Origin: the human T2T-CHM13v2.0 reference genome, Homo sapiens
Reading direction: 5' to 3' (one strand)
Assembly: GCF_009914755.1 (NCBI RefSeq)
Contig: NC_060925.1
DNA length: 64,000 bases
Under the pieces are notes generated by a model that was not told the origin of the DNA, did no database searches, and was given only the letters and a program-made list of their open reading frames with translations. This document shows, piece after piece, positions 1 to 15,582 of the stretch (position 1 is the first letter of the stretch; each line of letters opens with the position of its first letter). The position numbers and the translations under genes are program-made.

Positions 1-1267
1 TTCCCAGATGGAGTAACTGAGAGCAGAGTCAGGAGACAGCTTGCTCAAGGACCTAGAACAACAGAATGATTTGGTGGTGGGGCCAAGATTGAGTTCTTAT
101 TTCCTGCCTCTCAATCCATTGCAACCCAGGAATGACCTTTCTGGGCAATGTTAGAAACATGACCATATGAAATGGAGAATTTAGATTACAATTCCCTGGA
201 CCATATCCAGGACACTAAAATGAGTGTGTTGCACTTGTGAAATGCATTCTAAGAATTGTTTACTGTTCTGAATGTAAGTTAGGATGAAGCAGATCTTCTA
301 CGGAGGCTCCAGGCTAATCCCAGCTTCCCTCCCCACCCAAGCCCCGTGGACAATGACTTGCAATCCATGTCAACAAAGATTTAACCCTTACAGTGTGCAG
401 GGGACTGCTGGGCTGGATGTTTATAAACAAACCAAGATAAGACGGAACCTCCCTTGAAAGAACGGCATGAGGATGAATACAAAAATGAAATGTCAGGCCC
501 CAGCCTGTACATAAACAGCCTTGTATATGTGAGTGGCATGTCCCATGCTCCAGCTGACCTATCAGGAAGCCTAGGGACAGTAGCAATACTTTTAGCAGAT
601 GTGGCAGGCCTCCTCTCTGCATTCTAGAGTGGCTCCCACTCCCCTCCAATTTCAAATGACTCCTTATTTCAGGCTGCTTCTCTTGCCCTGGGACTTGGCC
701 TTGTTGTTTGCGCTTTGGTTTTCCCTGCATTTTGTTCTCAAGGCCTCGGGTTTGGACTCACCCCCCTCCCAACTCCACCATTCTTCTAAGCCAAAACTGA
801 TCTGAGGTCCCCTTTTAAAAAATTTGACACAATTTAACAGACATGTGTTGAGTGTCCAAGAGATACAAATACACTATAATTTGCATATCACTCAATAACA
901 AGAATGATACTGTTTTCAAGGAATTTATAATTTAATAGGATGAGAAAAGAACTCATTAGGTTTCTTTCAAAAAAAAATGGAGGAAAAATACCTCTTGGCC
1001 ACATGCATATTTGAACAAAGGCAGAAGCTTGCCCAAATTCTTTCTAGAAATAACTGTGTTGGTTGAAGGTGGGTGGAAAAGAGGATAAAGGCATGGTAAA
1101 CATGGGATGTATTTCAGTTCCATGGTGGACTGAATGAAAACGTTTACAGATGTTGATACATGTTTGCTTGCTTTTTCAATTACAGTGAAGCAAAGTTCTA
1201 TCAACAGATGTTGCCCAGGGCCAATGCAGACAGAACCAACCATAGAGAAAGAGAGCATTAAGATTAT

Positions 1268-1647
1268 TGTATTAGTCAGTTTGGGCTGCCACAAAAAATA
1301 CTAGCCTAGGTGGCTTAAACAATATAAATTTATTTTCTCACAGTGTTGGAAGCTGGAAGTCCAAGATCAAAGTGTCAGCATGGTTGGTTTCTGGTGAGGG
1401 TGTCTTCCTGGCTTGTAGACAGCACCAACATGCTGCAACCTCACATCGCAGGGAGAGAGACAGCACAAGAGAGAGCAAACACTGGTGTCTCTTCTCATAA
1501 GGGCACCAGTCCCATCATGAAGGCCCCACTCTCAGGACTTCATGTAACACTAATTACCTCCCAGAGGCTCCACTTCCAAAAACCATCATATCGTGGGCTA
1601 GGACTTTAGCATGTGAATTTTGGGTGGACAAAATTCAGTCCATGGCA
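1268..1647 (-). mobile_element. MaLR solo LTR (MLT1A/MSTD-like)
   Basis: TGTATTAG...GGCTTAAAC...AAATTTATTTTCTCACAG...AGTCCAAGATCAA...TTCAGTCCATGGCA, typical of an inverted MaLR LTR. Confidence 0.8.
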
Positions 1648-3419
1648 GACATATAAATGATTTTGTCAAATTTCAAGTCAAAGCTAAATTTTCTCTAAGA
1701 TTATACTGCTTAGCATGGAATTAAATGAAATAATATATCTGAAATGCTCAGAAAAGTGTCAAGTCCATAATACAGACTACATCAAGATTTGCTAATGTTT
1801 TTGAAATCCTATTTGAGGTAACTTTAAACACCAGAAATCTATAGAACTATTCTTGTTAATTACTTATTTATGTTGGTATCATTATCACCTTAGTATTCTT
1901 ACCAAAATATCTGGGAGGACAGTTAACTTTTCACTTCCCATTTTATATGTGCAGCCTTCAGTAGTAAGATAATTAAGTTGTATGGGAGATTTAGAAAAAC
2001 TGTACTTGCAATTTTAATGGGCTTTACTTAATTTTTTAACAGCATTGAAAGAAAGGTATTATTGTGACCCTTGCCCTAATTTAAAATGAGAAAACCTGGG
2101 CTCAAAGGGATTAAATGTTCAAGGTCACCTAGCAATGTAGCAATGAAGAGGCAGTGTCTGTACTCCACCCAGGTCATCTCCCACCACGGTCAATGCTCTT
2201 CTTCATCCGTAGATGCCTTTTTAGAAAATAAAACCCCTCCTCTTGAGGATCACTGGACAGTGCGCTACCTACTGGAACAAAGACCAACCAGTTGCTTCAG
2301 CAGTGATAGCAAACTAGGTATGGACTAATATGTAGTATTAATGAACACATTCCCCACACATATTTTCACACACATTATTCATCTGTGCCCTGAATAGCTG
2401 CCCATAATCCAGATACTGCAGAAACAGGGAGCAGGAACACCAAATTCCTTGACTTCAGAAGGCATTATCCAGAAATAAGACAGAAAACATCTGAATAGAG
2501 CTATGAGCCAGCAGCATTCATTTTTTCCTGCCCTCCCTTCATCTGCATCCTCCTCCGCTACCAAGCCCAATAGATAACACTCTCTAAGCTGGGTAGAGAG
2601 AAGAGAGTTGAAGAGGAAATATGAGGATCTGATGCAGTGTAGAAGTTGTGTATTTTTCCAATCTTTCCTCTCATGGTCAGATGACAGATGCAGATGTGTC
2701 TGGTGGGAATACACAAAGAAACCCCTTTTAAATTTTGGGATTTGAGAATGGAGAGGACTGTGTCTTGCTCCCTGCATGAAATCCAGAAAGATGCAAGCCT
2801 GACCTGTTGTTATAGATCAACAGTGGGGAGGAAATGGTGTCCTGACATAATGAAGCCAGAGGCCACCCTGTGTTTCCTATACCCTTGAAGGGGTGTGAAT
2901 GGCCATATGAAAACACCCAAGACCTTGAGTGAGACACAAAAGCTATCTGGTTTGGGGCAAGCCTATGGGGTCTTGGGGCCAGCACAAGGGAACATCGTAT
3001 CAGAAAAATGCAGCCCAGCGAGGACAGGACTGCTTAGATTCTAGGAGAACACAGCTGCATATTGGAGGGTTGCTGGTAAATGGGAGGGTAACTTGGGTGG
3101 ATACAGGACAGGGTACATCTGAAGCACTAGGTTAACAAAGCACCAAGACAAACTGAGGCTGAGAAGAAGGTGTCAAGCCTACCTCCTCCCCTGTCACCCA
3201 ACGCTATGTTGGTCAAGTGTGAGAAGAGCCAGACATTAGTGGCTGAAGGTCCTCTTCCTATTAAAACGAAGACCAACCAAGGATAAGGAGAAAGTGGGAG
3301 AAGAAACTCTTGACTGTAACTTGGTTATATTAAATAATAATTGCCCATAATGACTGGGAAAATGGTGAATTTACTGGGTTTACCCTGAACCCTAAAGTAC
3401 AATGTTAATAATTATTTTT

Positions 3420-3728
3420 GGTCTGGGCATGGTGGCTTATGCCTGTAATCTCAGCACTTTGGGAGGCCAAGGTGGGAGGATCACTTGAGGTCAGGAGTTA
3501 GAGACCAGCCTGGCCAATATGGTGAAACCTTGTCTCTACCAAAAAAATATAGAAAAATTAGCCAGGTTTGGTGGCATGCCCCTGTAATCTCAGCTGCTTG
3601 GAAGGCAGAGGGAAAAGAATGCCTTGAGCCTGGGGAGTGGAGGTTGCAATGAGCCAAGGTTGCACCACTGCACTCCAAACTGGGCAACAGGGCAAGACTC
3701 TGTCTCAAATAATAATAATAACAAACAA
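3420..3728 (+). mobile_element. Alu (old, J/S)
   Basis: Dimeric Alu with A-rich linker and (AAT)n tail. Confidence 0.95.
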
Positions 3729-4079
3729 TTACATTAACTTTTCTCTTTCAATGTAATGAGTATTCAAGATAGAGGGTAAGGCCAAAAACAAGAAGAGTAA
3801 AGAAAGGTACTTTTTTTGCCTACCTTTATCTGTGTTTTGTGAATGACTAGTTGCTATATTAGCTATTGTTTTATGCCAAGTACTTTATACATATCATGTC
3901 ATCTAATCATAATAAATTTATGAGGTATTCATTACTGTCCCCACTATGTGAAATGGAAGAGACTCAGTTATCTACCCCTGGTCAGTTTTAATCATCAACA
4001 AAGCCAAGATTTGTATCTGCATCTATATGAATCCAAAACATACATTCCTGGGATTGGAGGGGAGAGATTTTCCAATACA

Positions 4080-4570
4080 CCATTTGTACCTTTGTCTTTT
4101 AAGCCACTTCCTACTTGGCCCTTTAGAAATGCAAATATAGTCTTTTTCCTCCCCTTCACCAGACACTCCCTATAAGGCAAGTTTATCTATGTGCTTAGAT
4201 ACTCCAGAAAGGAACTGTTACCCACCAGGAGAAAGCCTCAAGAGAAAACAGTTGATTTACAACCCAAAGTCCCACTACAAAAACTCTCTCCCACCTGGGG
4301 AGTTTTTGGCCTAGTCCTGCCCACAAAGGCACCAGCAGTCACCAGTTCTACAGCTCAGTAGATAAAGCACCAGAGCTAGCACTTGGATGCCCTCCTACCT
4401 GCTGACTTCCTCCCCTGTGTGCCTTCCCCTTTAAAAGTACCTGGTTTCTGCCCCACAAGAAAAGTGGTACCCTTAGGCAGGAAGCCTGTACTTTTTCCCC
4501 TAAACTGGCTTTGGATTAAATCACTTTCTTTATACCAGACCTCAGTCTTGTTAATTGGACTCTGCAAGCC
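4080..4570 (+). mobile_element. Old ERV LTR (MER54/MER74-like, ERVL)
   Basis: TATA-like TTTAAAA, then ATTAAATCACTTTCTTTATACCAGACCTC..CTTGTTAATTGGACTCTGC resembling a U5 region; family uncertain. Confidence 0.5.
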
Positions 4571-5001
4571 ACATCTACATATCCTCTCTACACAAAAGCA
4601 TATTGATATTCCCAAAGCACTGAATTCCTTTCCCCTCCTTCTTTACAGGTGTGCATAAAAGCACTAACTCCTGATAAATAGACTTCAGCTTTCAAAGCTG
4701 TCCTTTCCTTTAGTAGAGATGAGCAGGTAGGGTAGGCTAAGAGGGCTTCACAGGCCCTGGAGAGCAAACAAGACTATTGAACTTGTTGGGGCAAGCCCTT
4801 TAAAAGGTCTGTAAGACCAGCAGTTCTTTCTTTACTCATTAAACATGTTTGCCCATTACCTATGTGACTTCAGACTTTGGACAGTGTGAGAATGTGGAAG
4901 AGATATGCTGGCTGACCTCACATGTTTGGGGAAGGGGGAGCACTGTACCCAGCAGAATATCTCTTGTTCTCAAATCATCCTCCTCTAAACACATAGCCAA
5001 C

Positions 5002-5727
5002 TGTAACTGCACAATGCGTTCACCTTGCCTGCTACCTAGACAGAACCGATTTATCAAGACAGGGGAATTGCAATGGAGAAAGAGTAATTCATGCAGAGCC
5101 AGCTATGTGGGAGACCAGAGTTTTATTATTACTCAAATCAGTCTCGCCGAGCATTTGGGGATCAGAGTTTTTAAAGAATTTTGTAGGTAGGGGCTTGGAA
5201 AGTGGGGACTGCTGGTTGGTCAGGATGGAGATGGAATCATAGTGGGTTGAAGTTAGGTTTTCTTAATGTCTTCTATTCCTGGGTGTAATGGCAGAACTAG
5301 TTGGGCCAGATAACAGGCCTGGGAGGTGTCAGCTGATTCATCGAGTGCAGGGTCTGCAAAATATCTCAAGTGTTGAATTTAGGTTTTACAATAGTGATGT
5401 TACCCCCAGGAGCAATTTGGGGAGGTTCAGACTCTTGGAGCCAGAGGCTGCATGAGCCCTAAATTGTAATTTCCAATCTTGTAGCTAATTTGTTAGTCCT
5501 GCAACGGCAGACTGGGCCTCAGACAAGAAGGGGGTCTTTTCGGGAAAGGGCTGTTATCAATTTTGTTTCAGAGTCAAACCGTGAATTGAAATCCTTCCCA
5601 AAGTTAGTTCCACCTATGCCCAGGAATGAATGACAGCTTAAGGGTTGGAAGCAAGATAGAGTCAGTCAGGTCTGATTTCTTTCACTGTTATAATTTCCTC
5701 AGTTATAATTTTGCAAAGGCAGTTTCA
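5002..5727 (-). mobile_element. LTR8/LTR8A solo LTR (ERV1)
   Basis: Reverse complement begins TGAAACTGCCTTTGCAAAATTATAACTGAGGAAATTAT; 726 bp; TG..CA termini; imperfect 4-bp TSD caac/aaac. Confidence 0.85.
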
Positions 5728-7085
5728 AAACCAGCACCACTGTTTTCCTATCATCAGATTGCCCATAGTGCTATAAGAAAAAGGGATTCCTCACCTGAAC
5801 AAGAGACAAAAATCAAAAAATCATTGCCCTGATTGGATGCAGCCTTGGGGGTTACATTTTCATTTCATACCTAATCTTTGGAAATGAGAGAGAAAGGGTA
5901 ATTCCAAAACTGATTTTGGGGAGGGAGAGAAACAATGATACTTCAAATCCCCCTCATTCACAATATCGACAATTTTCCAAGTAGGAATAGTGAACCCAGA
6001 AAATCTGAGAGAGGTCTCAGTTAATTTAGAAAGTTTATTTGCCAAAGTTGAGGATGCACCTGTGACATAGCCTTAGGAAGTCCTGACAACACATGCCCAG
6101 GGTGGCCGGGGCACAGATTGGTTTTATACATTTTAGGGAAACATGAGACATCAATCAATAAATGTAAGAAGTACATTCATTCCATTCAGAAAAGTAGAGA
6201 CAACTCAAAGCAAGCCCCCTTTACCCTATGGGCTTCCAGGTCACAGGTAGGTGAGAGACAGATGGTTGCATTCTTTTGAGTTTCTGGTAAGTCTTTCCAA
6301 AGAAGGCAATCAGAATATGCATCTATCTCTGAGCAGAGAAATGACTTTGAATAGAATGAGAGACAGATTTGTACTGAGAGTTCCCAGCTTGAAGGGGCTG
6401 AAGACATTTTCCTTTCACATTTCCCCTCTTTTCTATTTAAAAATCTTTTGGAGAAAGCATTTTAGAAGAAAATGAGTCTCTGGCCTCAGATTTCATCTGA
6501 TCTCTCAAGGCTAGGACTGTTTATTCCTAAATGGGTAGGTCCCAAAAGCTTATTTTTAGCAGGCTGTGAAGTCTCATGTCCTATGAAGAGAAAATTGGGG
6601 GAAGAAGGGAGAAAAACAACAATAAACAAAAGAACAATCCTGGAAAAATGTATATCAGCCACATTACTCTGAAGTCCATACATTAGTAGGCAGGTATGCA
6701 AGTGGCTTATGTATGCAAATAGGTTGCTGTTATTTTCTTCTGAAGTTTAAGTTGTCTGGCTTCAGTTCACAGGGTTTTAAGAAAGCAAAACTTAGTTTTC
6801 AGTGATTCCAAATTAGGAAAACTTGAAAAAAAAGAAGGAAAAATAATTGAAAACATTATTTTGAAGACTTGTAGCCAAGAAAAATTAGAATTCAGTTCAA
6901 ACTGTAGAAAATAATAAAACTTGAAAAAAAACATTAGGCAAGACCACAATCTAACAACAGGGGTACTATAGTTTTGAAACATAATTTTTCTCTCTCCAAC
7001 TTCCCATTTGTACTGAAGACAAATTATGGCAGAACAGGTTTGCTTTATTATACTTGGCCTAATTATTTGCATATAATGTGGCAAT

Positions 7086-7115
7086 TATATATATATGTGT
7101 GTGTGTATGTATATG

Positions 7116-7162
<47 letters not shown>
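7086..7162. repeat. (TA)n/(TG)n microsatellite
   Basis: Direct reading. Confidence 0.95.
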
Positions 7163-7169
<7 letters not shown>

Positions 7170-7905
7170 AGGCTTTTAAATTGGCTTTGATGAAACTTGT
7201 TCATAAGAAGAATCTCAGATGAGACTTTTTAAAGCCAAACCAGGCATGGATTTTGTCATCAAATATCTATGAATTGGGTGAATTTCCTCTCCTCTTGAGG
7301 TTTCAAGATAAACCTGGGGCTTCTGGGCCTGTCGGAAGGTGACATTCATTACTTACCACAAGTCAGAAACCCTGTACGGGGACTGTTTACACAAAATATG
7401 AGGCCAGTTTTTCCAAGGGCTTTATTGGATCCATAAGTCAAGTTTGATTCCTTAAAAAAAAGCACAACATTCCAGTCAAAGCCTTGGTGAAATAACGTTT
7501 CTCCAGTTGTTTCCTGTTACAAATGAAAACAGATTCTTATTGCACTTATGCAAATAACTGTATTGCCATAAGTTAAAAATACTCACAAATAGTTTCCACA
7601 GTCTGAAGAAATCAGGTAGAGAGAAACAAATATGCTCCAAATTTTGTTCATAGGAGTATACTGAGTTGTTAGAAGCTGTCAATAGCATAAAATAAAGGTA
7701 TTAAGACTCTGAAAAACAAAACAAAGGATCAGCAAACGTTTTAAGCAAAAAAGTCAAAAAGATTAGTTCAGTCCATGTAGTATATTCCTGTTCTTCTTGA
7801 TATTCATGAACATTTTAGCTGTCCATGAGTCCTGAAAGTTTTTCCTCTATTTTGATACACAGTCTCCAAAGTTATCAGAAACCCACATTCAAGAGCACCT
7901 GTTAG

Positions 7906-8101
<196 letters not shown>

Positions 8102-11100
8102 TAGGACCAAAACAACAATTGTCCATGGATGACAAAAACTTTTAGGGCAGCCACAGTCAAAGACACAATTGACAAGGAAATTTGTTACCTCTGTAGCACA
8201 CAATAATTTTAACATAACAATTATGATTATTACTGATAATGTACACTAAGTTATATCAGAATTATAGGAGTTTCCTATAATTTTGGAACTATTAACAGTA
8301 ACTATTTGTACAAATATAGCCCAAAGGGAACCAAATACCATTTCATATTTGACAATGCTTCCTGTGTAATTTTTGTACCAAATAAGCCAAATTATGTGGT
8401 ATTTTTTGGACTTTAGGGAACCTAATATCTTAAAGAATTAATTAGGTCATAAAAAGACATAATTTATAATTTGATTTTGGACAGTTTGTCAAACATCAAA
8501 GGTTTTAAACATTTGATATTATAAAATAGGGTCACAGGTCATAGTAAAATAAGTCATTCATTTAACCAAAGTGCTAACTCAAAGATTTAAAAAAAAACAC
8601 AGACAAAAGTCTTTATTCTTTGAGAGAGAAGGCTTAATTTTCCAAACAATAAGCCCTAATAAAAACAGTATGAAGCCAATTAATTTTTTCAAAATTTTAT
8701 AAATAATCTGTAAAATTTTAATCTTGACTGTAAGATATAGCTTCCATAAGCCTTTTATAACCTTTATAACCTTTATATAGTTGTTGGTTAATGCTTCAAG
8801 AAACCCTTGTTAATCTGACACAGGGGTCCATGTGTTGGTCTTGCAGAAGTATGCCTTTAACATTAATGATTAACTTATAGAGAAACAGAACTTATTTAAT
8901 CTTTCAAAATCAACCCTTACAATCTTATGTGTCCACCTCTCCCTCAATAGTGCCTGGGCCTTGAGGAGTTGAATAGCTTTAATTTATTGCCCCATGTGTC
9001 AGGAATGCATTTTATTTTGATTGGCATCTTCTATTGGGCCTGAAGATGAGGCTTTAATTGCTGTCAGTGTTTAAGATTTAGCAGGACTTGGTGTCCTTTT
9101 TAGACCCAGGAGTCAAAACCCTGTAACTCAATATCACAGGGGCTTTAAAAGTACGTACAGGAAGATACATGGATGTAATAACCTTAATTTAAAAAAAAGT
9201 TGTCTCATTTTCTTTTCCTAAGCAAACCAAAACTTAATGACAATATGACAGCTGGATCATATTAAAGTTTTTTTTTAAATATAAAGACTCTTATTATGAC
9301 TTATGCAGACCTTTCATGAAATGCTTGGACTTTCCGGTTTGTCCTGGACATCTCTCTTTCTTAAACAACCAGTTATTTAATTATTTTATTTTAAAACTGC
9401 ATTTACCATACAAGATTCTTTCTCATATAAAATTATTTCTCTTTAAGTTTTCTTATCACAAAACGAACCTCTTTCTTGTTATGACTTTCTTTACATCTCT
9501 TTTTATTTTCTGGTTCTTTTTATTTTGTTTTATATACAACCTTTAAGCTTTGAATTAGACAAAACTTATTCAACATTCTCTTAAAAAAGGACACCCCCTT
9601 TTTTTTTTTTAGCAAGAATGTTTTCCTACAATATATGTTTATTGGAAAATACCCCAAAAAAAAGTATCTATTATTTAATTTAATATAACTTTATATTCTA
9701 AATTATGACCAGTTTGTCTACAGGTGTTTATCCCATTACATTTACCTAATTATTTTGTTTTAATTTTTTACCTAGATTATTTATGAAAATTGTGATAGTC
9801 ATGATTTAAAGTGATAAAACCACCATTTCAAAATTATAACAAAGACAGTGAAAAAAAGATTTGACCTAATTGACTACATCTTGCTGTTAACCTCCAAGCT
9901 ATCCTTGTTCATTTGTAGGCACAGGCCAAATTAAATTTAGGAGGAAGTTAGTTTATACTTTAGCTTTGAAACAAACAGTCCTTACCCAAAACAAACATCC
10001 TTATTGCCTGTGGACTAGACTGCCTAAAGCCACAAGATTAGAATTCATAGTAATCTTACTAAATTTAAGATGCAGCTATTTTCATTAAACCAATATCAAT
10101 GTCTTATTTATTAAAAATTACAAAAGCAAAGATCATTCTGTTTGGGGCTGGGTTTATAGTTTTGTAACCCCTGTGCCAAATTTTGACACCTTGTAGTATT
10201 TGGCAGGGATGAGAATGAAATTGCTTGACTAATAAATGCAAATAAAAAATGTATGCTGGCAATTCTTAAGACATTTTTCATATTACTTTACCAGTAATTT
10301 TAAAGCCAGCTTATTTATTAAAGATTTTACTTAAGTCACATAAACTTGAAAAAGTATTTGACTAGTCTTTGCTTTTTTAGTATCTGATTTAGGCACTTTT
10401 ATTTTTTTTAAGCCAATTAATTAGAGCTCTTTTTTTTTTTAGTAGTGAAACATTGTGTACACACACATAAATACAGAGACATATTAGGCATGCCGATAAA
10501 AGTACATTTTATAGATTCATAAAAACTTTTTTTTTTCCTATCTTAGAATTTCAGATTCTTGATAACCTGTTTTACCACCCTGGGCGGTTGTCAGCTAAAT
10601 AGCCTAAATTTGCATATTAAAGGAAGCTGTTCATGTGAAAGTCAAATAGCAAAATTTACATGGTAAGATGCAGAGAGAAAAAGTTTGGATTATATAATTT
10701 ATAAAGTCCTTTTAAATATATACATACACACGTACACACACACACACGAAGTTCCTACAGCTTTTACTTCAGAACTTTTAGCCATGAGATAAATACAAAT
10801 TTACCAGCTTGCAAAAAGAACTTCTTGGGTCTAAACAGTGGTTTTTATCTTAATGGAAATATAACAGCAGATTTAGAGCAGGCAGAAAAGAAAAAACAGA
10901 GAAAAATAGGACTTAGGAACTCCATAGTTTGCAGGTCGACCTTAGGGCTCTTTTTTCTTAATGTAAATGTGCACAAAGACCATATTATTTCCATTTTACA
11001 TAAACTTTGGCTAGTAGAGGTGCCATAAAACCTATGGAGTGCTCAAAAGGGGGTCATTCTCCTTGTTTTCTCCTCATTCTTAGATTGTTTCCTGCCTTTT

Positions 11101-12774
11101 TTTTTAAAAAAAAAGGAGGAACTGAGCTATGGTCTAGGGTTTTTGTGTGGTGGATCAATATGTGCTGCTTGTGGGCAGGACCCCACAGTGTGTCACCACT
11201 GAGTTATTTCCACCCTTTTACATGTCTCAGTTTCTCTCTCCAAAGGTCTATGACCTCATAGAGGGCTCAAAACGCTGGGTGATCAGCCCTTATATGCATT
11301 TCCTGGATGAGCCATTTTTAAAATTAATTTTTGTGGGGATTTCCCTGCAGGGCTACTTCACATCATGGAGGGGTCAACTCCCATGAGGCCTTGGTCACCC
11401 AGGGACACCCTTTGACTGGGAGGAGCAAAATGCCCTTTCCTTCAGAGCTGAGAAAGCTCAGTCTCTCATTAACATATGAAAACAACAGTTCAGTTCCTCA
11501 TGCAAATGCACACAGACAAACCAAATTAAGATTAAATTAGGGAGAAAAAGCAATAGTGAAGACCCTTTAGAATGCCTCTCCACACTACAATTAGGATCCT
11601 TAAACAACAACTTTAGACAGGAACAAACAACAACAAAAACCCCAACAATATGATCACTGAGCCCTCTAATGGTAAGGAGAAATTAAGACCAGCTTGTTGT
11701 TAACCTTAACTTTAACCAAGACAAGCTCCAATTCAGTTACTTACCTAGAGATGGGTCTCAGGCTGAAGACTGCTCTCTAGCATCCTAGAAGAAGGGAAAA
11801 AAACAAAACAAAAACACTCATCTTCCTTGTTGGAAGCCAGCTCAAACTCCATAAAGGAGTTACCTGCCTTCCATCATCATGGAAGCAGGAAAAACTTGCC
11901 TTCCTTGTGTTGGAAGCAAGTAAAACTCCAAAAAACAAAGAGGAGTTGTACAGCAAAATAAACTTTAGATCTCAACCAAATTTTGGGAGATCAGGGATTC
12001 TCTGGAGGGGGTGCACTCAGACCTCAGCAGATTGTCCTATTGGTTTGAGCCATAAAGTTAGTTTGTGCTGGTACCAAGCACTGACAGGAGATTTGTGAAA
12101 GGTCAGGGGCATCTCCACTCAGAATCCCCCATGGTTACCAAAATGTGAACCCAGAAAATCTGAGACAGGTCTCAGTTAATTTAGAAAGTTTATTTTGCCA
12201 AGACTGAGGATGTGCCAGTTCCTCCTACAGCTTCAGGAAGTCCTGATGACATGTGCCCAAGGTGATCGGGGCACAGCTTGGTTTTATACATTTTAGGGCA
12301 ACATGACACATCAACCAACATATGTAAGAAGTACATTAGTTCCATCCAGCAAGGCCCTCCCCCGTCCAACCTTGGGGGCTTACGGGTCACAGGTAGGTAA
12401 GAGACAAATGATTGCATCTTTTGATTTCCTAATAAGTCTTTCCAAAGGAGGCAATCAGAATATGCATCTATCTCTGTGAGCAGAGGGGCGACTTTGAATA
12501 GAGTGGGAGACAGTAGTGCCCTGAGTAGTGCCCAGCTTGAAGGGGCCCAAGATATTTTCCTTTCACCAAATCTTGACACTGTCTTCAATATCTATAACTA
12601 TAAACTTTGGAAAATCAGAAAGAAAAAGGAGAATGAAAGGAAAAAGAGGAGAGTGGCAGCGATAGATGAGGGGGATTCATTTGTGAGTGGTTTTCATTTG
12701 TACATGAAATTGTCTGTATCACTAACTCAGGGTGCATATTTAACTATCTCTCTATTAAATTTTCCATTTAACCC

Positions 12775-13172
12775 TGATAAAAGAAAAACCTCAGCTGAAT
12801 TAAATTTAAAGGAGTTTAATTGAGAAATGAATGATTCCCAAATCAGTCAGCCTCCTGAGTCAGAATAGGCTTTAAGACTCCAGCACAGCACATGGTGGAA
12901 GAAGATTTATGGACAGAAAAAAAGGAAGGTGACATATGGAAAATAGAAATGAGGCACAAAAAGCTGGATTGGTTATAGCTCAGCGTTTGCCTTATTTGAA
13001 CACAGTTCAAATAGTTGGCCACATTTCATTGGCCAAAACTCAGTGACTGGCACAAGTGTAGGCTACGGTCTGTTTACACCTTCACTTATGAGAGTTCATA
13101 ATGTATAGAGAAACCTTTAGGTTGAACTTAAAATATGTAAGGAGGCAGCTTTAGGCTAAACTTATTTGAACA
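12775..13172 (-). mobile_element. MER57A-like solo LTR
   Basis: Reverse complement begins TGTTCAAATAAGTTTAGCCTAAAGCTGCCTCCTTAC; TSD accc/actc. Confidence 0.75.
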
Positions 13173-13475
13173 ACTCATAGCTTATGCATGTATTATCAGG
13201 AAATCGAAAATCTTATTTTTGAATTCTTCTCTCCCGCCTCTCAATCATACCCTCAGATTGTCCAAGAGTTCCAAGAACTTACTACACATTATCTTCTAGT
13301 GAAAGAATTGAACATTTTCCAGATCCACTAATCACTGTAGGCCCACAGAAGTTGACAGCTACCCTTGGCTTCTGATGTTAAGATGGCCTTGCTTAGGTCA
13401 CTGTAGTTCTCCATGCAATGATTACAACCCTTTTAAGCTCACATTTCCTTACTCGGCCATCATTCTCCAGAGCAC

Positions 13476-13901
13476 TGTTAAAGCAAAGTAAATATGGCCT
13501 GAGAAGGACTCTGTACTTCTATATTTCAGTCCTTGTGGATGAACTGTAACCTATCTTAATAGGCAGACAAGATTGAAAACTTAGGAGTGTGCACCTGTAA
13601 TAATAGCTGAGTCTTGACCACTCCCAGTGGCCATACTTCAACCACTCCTACACTGCTAAGTGTTCAAACTGTGCTCAAGTAAGGCAAATGCCAACCTGTA
13701 ATGAATCCAGCTGTGCCTGTACCTCACTTCTGATTTCTATACATCACTTTCCTTTTTTGTCTATAAATTTGTTCTGACCGTGGGGCATCCCTGTAGTCTC
13801 TCTGAATCTGCTGTGATTCTGGGGGCTGCCAAATTCACGAATTGTTCATTGCTCAATTAAACTCCATTAAATGTAATTCAGCTGAAGTTTTTCCTTTAAC
13901 A
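13476..13901 (+). mobile_element. MER57B-like solo LTR
   Basis: TGTTAAAGCAAAGTAAATATGGCCTGAGAAGGACTC...TTTAACA with a perfect GCAC TSD. Confidence 0.8.
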
Positions 13902-14084
13902 GCACAAACATTGGTGCCTAGGTGCTTGTGTCTGGAGGACCTCTCACTATGAACCTTATTATGTGTGCCCAAAACTACCCTCCTCTACTCTGACAGATTG
14001 CATCTTTAGTCAGTTCTCCATCCCTCCTTATATCCATGTCCTTTGCCACATAACTTTGAAGTTTCTCTACTAAAGGGGCAGAGT

Positions 14085-14372
<288 letters not shown>

Positions 14373-15227
14373 GGATAGCAGGGAGGGGCAGAATATATTT
14401 TCCCACTCTTAAATTTGGATTTGGCCATGTGACTTGCCTTGGCCAATAGAAAAAGTTGAAAATAGTGTGTTAGTTCTATGGCTGAGCCTTAAGAAGCCTC
14501 ATGTATATTTGACTGCAGAACTCAGCTGAGCCATTGCAGTGAAGGACAGCCTAGATCGACTGAGCTCCAGCAAACCCGCACACATTTGAATGAGCCTATT
14601 GGAAATCATCAGAGCCTTGCTGCTGAGCCTAGCAAATATCAGCCAACCCTTAGTCACCTACAAGACTCCTTAGCAAAATAGTGTTTATTGGTTTTGCCAC
14701 TGATATTTTGTGGTTGTTTGTTTTACAGCATTAGTGTGGTCACTGTTAATTGGTCCATGGACTATCACTCTGTGTTGAGCCCAGGCCATCATGATTCCCC
14801 CTTTCCTCAATATAATTTAGTTTTCAGGGAGTTTATTGGTCTTCCCTATCCCTGGCCTTGGTTAGGGGCTCCCCTAGCCTACCTCCTATGGATCATTATA
14901 ACTTTGGTCCTTGGAACACAGGACTGAGATCTCAGCTCCTGTTTTCCCAGAAGCCCTCTTGATCGTTTTGCAAAAACGTCGTAGCCCCTTGCCAGAGCTT
15001 CCCTTCCCAAGGAGATAGGCAAGTTTGTGAAGGCTCAAATATCAGAAAGTCTATTTATATCCTTCTTCCAGAAATGATAATCTGATCAGCCAATTCTTAT
15101 GTAACTCACAGGTATTTTTCAGGCTATGCCTTTATAGAGCCTTGAAAGCTTCTCTGTCTAGAAAAAAGTCTCCAACAATACACTGTATTATATACATGTG
15201 TCATGGTGTGGCACTCTACTACACATA

Positions 15228-15582
15228 CAATAGTCCCCCCTTATTCGCAGTCCACTGTTTCAGCTACCTGTGGTCAACTACAGTCTGAAAATAGTAAATG
15301 GAAAATTTCAGAAATGAACAATTCCTAAGTTTTAGATTGCATGTCATTCTAACTAATGTGATTAAATCTCATGCCACCCAGTCCATCCTGCCCATGATGT
15401 GAATCATGCCTTTGTTCAGCATATCCATTCTGTACATGCTACCCACCTGTTAGTCACTTAGCAGCTGTCTCAGTTACCAGATGGAAAAACATAGTATATA
15501 TAGGGTTTGGTACTATCTGCAGTTTTAGGCATCCACTGGGAGGTCTTAATATGTATGCTCCACAGATAAAGGGAAACTGCTG
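15228..15582 (+). mobile_element. MER44A (Tigger/TcMar MITE)
   Basis: TA TSDs; degenerate TIRs CAATAGTCCCCCCTTAT / ATAAAGGGAAACTGCTG. Confidence 0.8.

Noticed and set aside
314-2985. 100-140-aa ORFs at the window start
   Set aside because: No recognisable domains, splice structure or coding bias; expected by chance.
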